From Octopus bimaculoides (Eukaryota), in assembly GCF_001194135.2 (NCBI RefSeq), contig NC_068993.1:33543558-33596115 (forward strand): a DNA stretch of 52,558 bases, read 5' to 3'. Of the stretch, positions 49,450 to 52,558 are shown one piece after another. Positions within the stretch are counted from its first letter, which is position 1. Each line of letters starts with the position of its first letter. Under the pieces are notes generated by a model, which worked only from the letters and a program-made list of their open reading frames with translations, had not been told where the DNA came from and searched no databases. Position numbers and translations under genes: made by a program.

Positions 49450-51289
49450 TACTAGTACGAATATACGTGTATGCATACATGTGTCTATGCTATATGCGTG
49501 TGTTCTTGGTTAAGGAGAACAGATGTCGATGACGCCCTTAAAAGAGAACGCATTATTTAACAATAGAGAATGTGATACAGGGTGGTATTCCGAGGAGAGT
49601 TTAACGATAATACAAAAGTATAAGGGGTGGGTGTGTTGGATGGGTGTAGGGTTATATATCTGACGATTCTGAATGCTTGTTATAAATACACAGAAATTTT
49701 CTTGAATATTTATTTATGATTGTTAATTTGAAATAAGCTTTCATGTAGAAATCTGTCGAAAATTGCTTGAGAAAGTGGAAAAAATGGACCACGATATGAA
49801 GTCATAGATTTGCTGATGGTCGCCATATCTGTTACAATTGATATCACATACCACACACAAATAACGATTCAAAATATTGTTTTTATTTTTTCTTTCTGCC
49901 TTTTGTTAGGCTAAGTTAAAGTGGTCGAGTGGCAATACTATTGAGGACCGATCATATTTTCTTGTTAGATCTGTTAAGCTTTGGGTGTTCGACTAACTAT
50001 TCAATTTTAATTCTTATTTTTTAAAGACGCATGCCGTGTATTTCTTTTTTTTCTTCCTTCGGATTTTTGTTTTGGAGATGTAGCATATTTTAGAAAGCAA
50101 TTCAGCTTTTATCAGGTGTTATTCTATATCTTTTTGCATTTTGTTTCGAGACGAATGTTCTTAGAGAAACTTCATTCAGGAATAAATTTTCTTTTGACTC
50201 GATTTAAGATTTAATGTCCTTTGTTGTCATTGCTTTTATTGCTGTTCTTGCTACTGCAGCTATGATTGAAGGCAGTGCTTCAGCATGACCCCGTCCATTG
50301 TGGCTGAAAGAAACGGGAAAACATTGAGGTTCCATGTTGGCTCCTTCTTGTTGCTTTTAGCTGCTTACAATCGAGTTGTTGTTGTTGTTGTTGTTGTTGC
50401 TGGTGGTGGTCGTGAGTTTAATAGTGGTGGTGATGGTAGTGGTGGATTTAATGGTAGTGGTGGTTGGTGGTGGTGGTGGTGAGATGAAGTGGGAAAAAAA
50501 GGAGGGTTGTGACCTTCGTATGTTTTTCCCACCCTACCAACGGGATATTAACACATTAACAACATTGGGATCAATCAGTAATTGAAACCATATTGAGGAA
50601 GATGTTTGCCTGGGATTGAAATTTTGCACTACCAGAGCTCTCTGATATTCCAACAGATAACAACAAGAACAACAGGAAATCGTAATTTTTGTTGTTTTTG
50701 CTGACTTACCATGTTTTATGTTTAAAATGTAAGACAAAGTATCATTTATTTCTTGATTTTCATATTGAAAATAAACAATTATCAGAGCCTGTTTTTGTCC
50801 TAAGAAAAAAAAAGAAAAAAAAAAGAAAAAGAAACAAAAGAAACAAACTAATATCTATATATATAAAAACACACAAATGGAATTCTCCGAATATCTGTCC
50901 TCCTGAAACCAAATCTAGTTAAGATCCATAAAGGAGGACTATTTCTAATGGTTTTATATACGCCTAGGACCTTAAATCCCAAGGGAATTCTAAAAATGCC
51001 TTTAAGTTATTATATTTCTGCAATGGGTGGGGGTAATAAATGATTTTATTAGATCAGGGGTATTCTTTTTCATTTCTTTTGAAAACTTTGTACAATACTG
51101 GAGTCTATGTAGATTATTTCAATCTAATTGAAATATGAGTATCTCAAGTTCAATCTCAACAAAGGTGCTATTTTTATATTTCTAACAAAATTCGATACCG
51201 TTTTTATTATCTAAATATTTTCTTTATTAAGAACACTTTCTGGGTTAGAAATGTTCTTTTCACTTGCATTATAATCAGAATGAACAGTG

Positions 51290-51460
51290 GTGGAAACTGG
51301 TAGATGCGGTGGAACGTCAGACATGTCATGTATAATGTTACGTTCCTTCATGTTCCCAGTTCAAATCCTGCCAACGTCTACTTTGTTGTTTATCTTTCAG
51401 AAATCGATGAAATAAATACCAGTTAAATATTTGTGTCGAATTAATCAATGAAATATTTCA
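51290..51460 (+). mobile_element. Highly decayed SINE family A copy
   Basis: CAGTTCAAATCCTGCC..GTCTACTTTG..ATCGATGAAATAAATACCAG. Confidence 0.55.
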
Positions 51461-52104
51461 AATTTATGATTATGTACATATATTCGAAAATGGAACAGAG
51501 TGGGGAAGCAAACGAATGAATCTTCGAATCCCGTTGTATTGTAGAAACACTAAGGTACCGAAGTAAATATCAAGTACAACCGAAATTTACCAGTATATCT
51601 TCTGTGTGTTGTATTTTGTTTTCGAAAATCTACGTTGAATTCAAATCCTGCTCTGTTTATAACCAAGATCCTGCCCTACCTGATCCTTTTATTCTTTTAT
51701 TATTGCTTTTATCTATAAAATAAATCTAATTTTTGTACCCCTATAAATTCAAACTTAGCTTATTTAAAACAATACAGGTATTATCACTACTTAAAATAAA
51801 CTGCTTAGATTATAATTTAATTAATATATAGTTAACATGTTCTTTTACCTCCGTACTCCTTTATTAAATACCTGTAAATACCAATGATCAATCTTCATAG
51901 ACACCATCTAATAAGTTAGTATTTAAGTATATATGTATAAATATTAAACTATTTCTATGTAATATCTTTTCGTCCCTCTATTGTAGTAAAATTTGGCATA
52001 TACTCAAAAGTATTCAAAAACTTTCTATCCTTTTGTAATAATATTCTTCTTAATAATCTTCTGAATAATCCTGAATTTTTACTTTATACAATATCATTTT
52101 CTTT

Positions 52105-52400
52105 TTTATTCTTTTATTCTTGTATTTGTTACAGTCATTTGACTGCGGCCATGCCGGAGCAACGCTTTTAGTCGAGCAAATCGACCCTAGGACTTATTCT
52201 CTGTAAGCCTAGTATTTATTCTATCGGTTTCTTTTGTCAAACCCTTAAGTTACGGTGATGTAAACACACCAGCATCGGTTGTCAAGCGATGGTGGTGGTG
52301 GTGGTGGTGGTGGGGGAGGCAAACACAAACACACACACACACACACACACATACGACGGGCTTCTTTCAGTTTCCGTCTACCAAATCCACTCACAAGGCT
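52105..52400 (-). mobile_element. SINE family C copy lacking its head
   Basis: Homologous to 6111-6350; stops at CCACTCACAAGGCT. Confidence 0.88.
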
Positions 52401-52558
52401 TATATATGGCAATATTGTTTAAATGCTCTGCATTTAAATTAATGTAATGATTGCATTGTTCATTTAAATGGAGTTGGTTGAAACGATCGTACTGCATTAC
52501 CTCTGGATATCCTTGTTGCTTATATTGATTTTAATTACCTGATTATGAAATTGTATGG

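Overview
This is AT-rich, microsatellite-saturated animal DNA with many N gaps. The SINE families and repeat style suggest a cephalopod (octopus-type) draft assembly, which is an inference and not a database result. No host gene, tRNA, rRNA or CRISPR array can be supported. The window is a nested set of decayed transposons: three mariner pieces, two Tc1 elements (one DD36E, one with ~215-bp IR/DR ends), a hAT MITE, a probable Helentron-type element and a probable Academ-like remnant. LINE fragments from the CR1/L2, RTE, Ingi/Vingi and R4/Dong clades are present, plus at least three Penelope-like element (PLE) families and >20 tRNA-derived SINE copies. The most notable structures are hammerhead ribozyme (HHR) motifs. 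One has an intact core at 20772-20819 (minus). An inverted pair (43707-43752, 45249-45293) forms the arms of a 1.7-kb insert flanked by a 9-bp duplication, which splits an older PLE at its FLD motif and carries an R4/Dong LINE end inside. Also notable are two unrelated ~165-170 bp foldback hairpins and two old tandem arrays with 27-bp and 39-bp periods. All alignments and translations were done by eye, so boundaries are approximate (about +/-10-30 bp) unless a terminus or target-site duplication (TSD) is cited.
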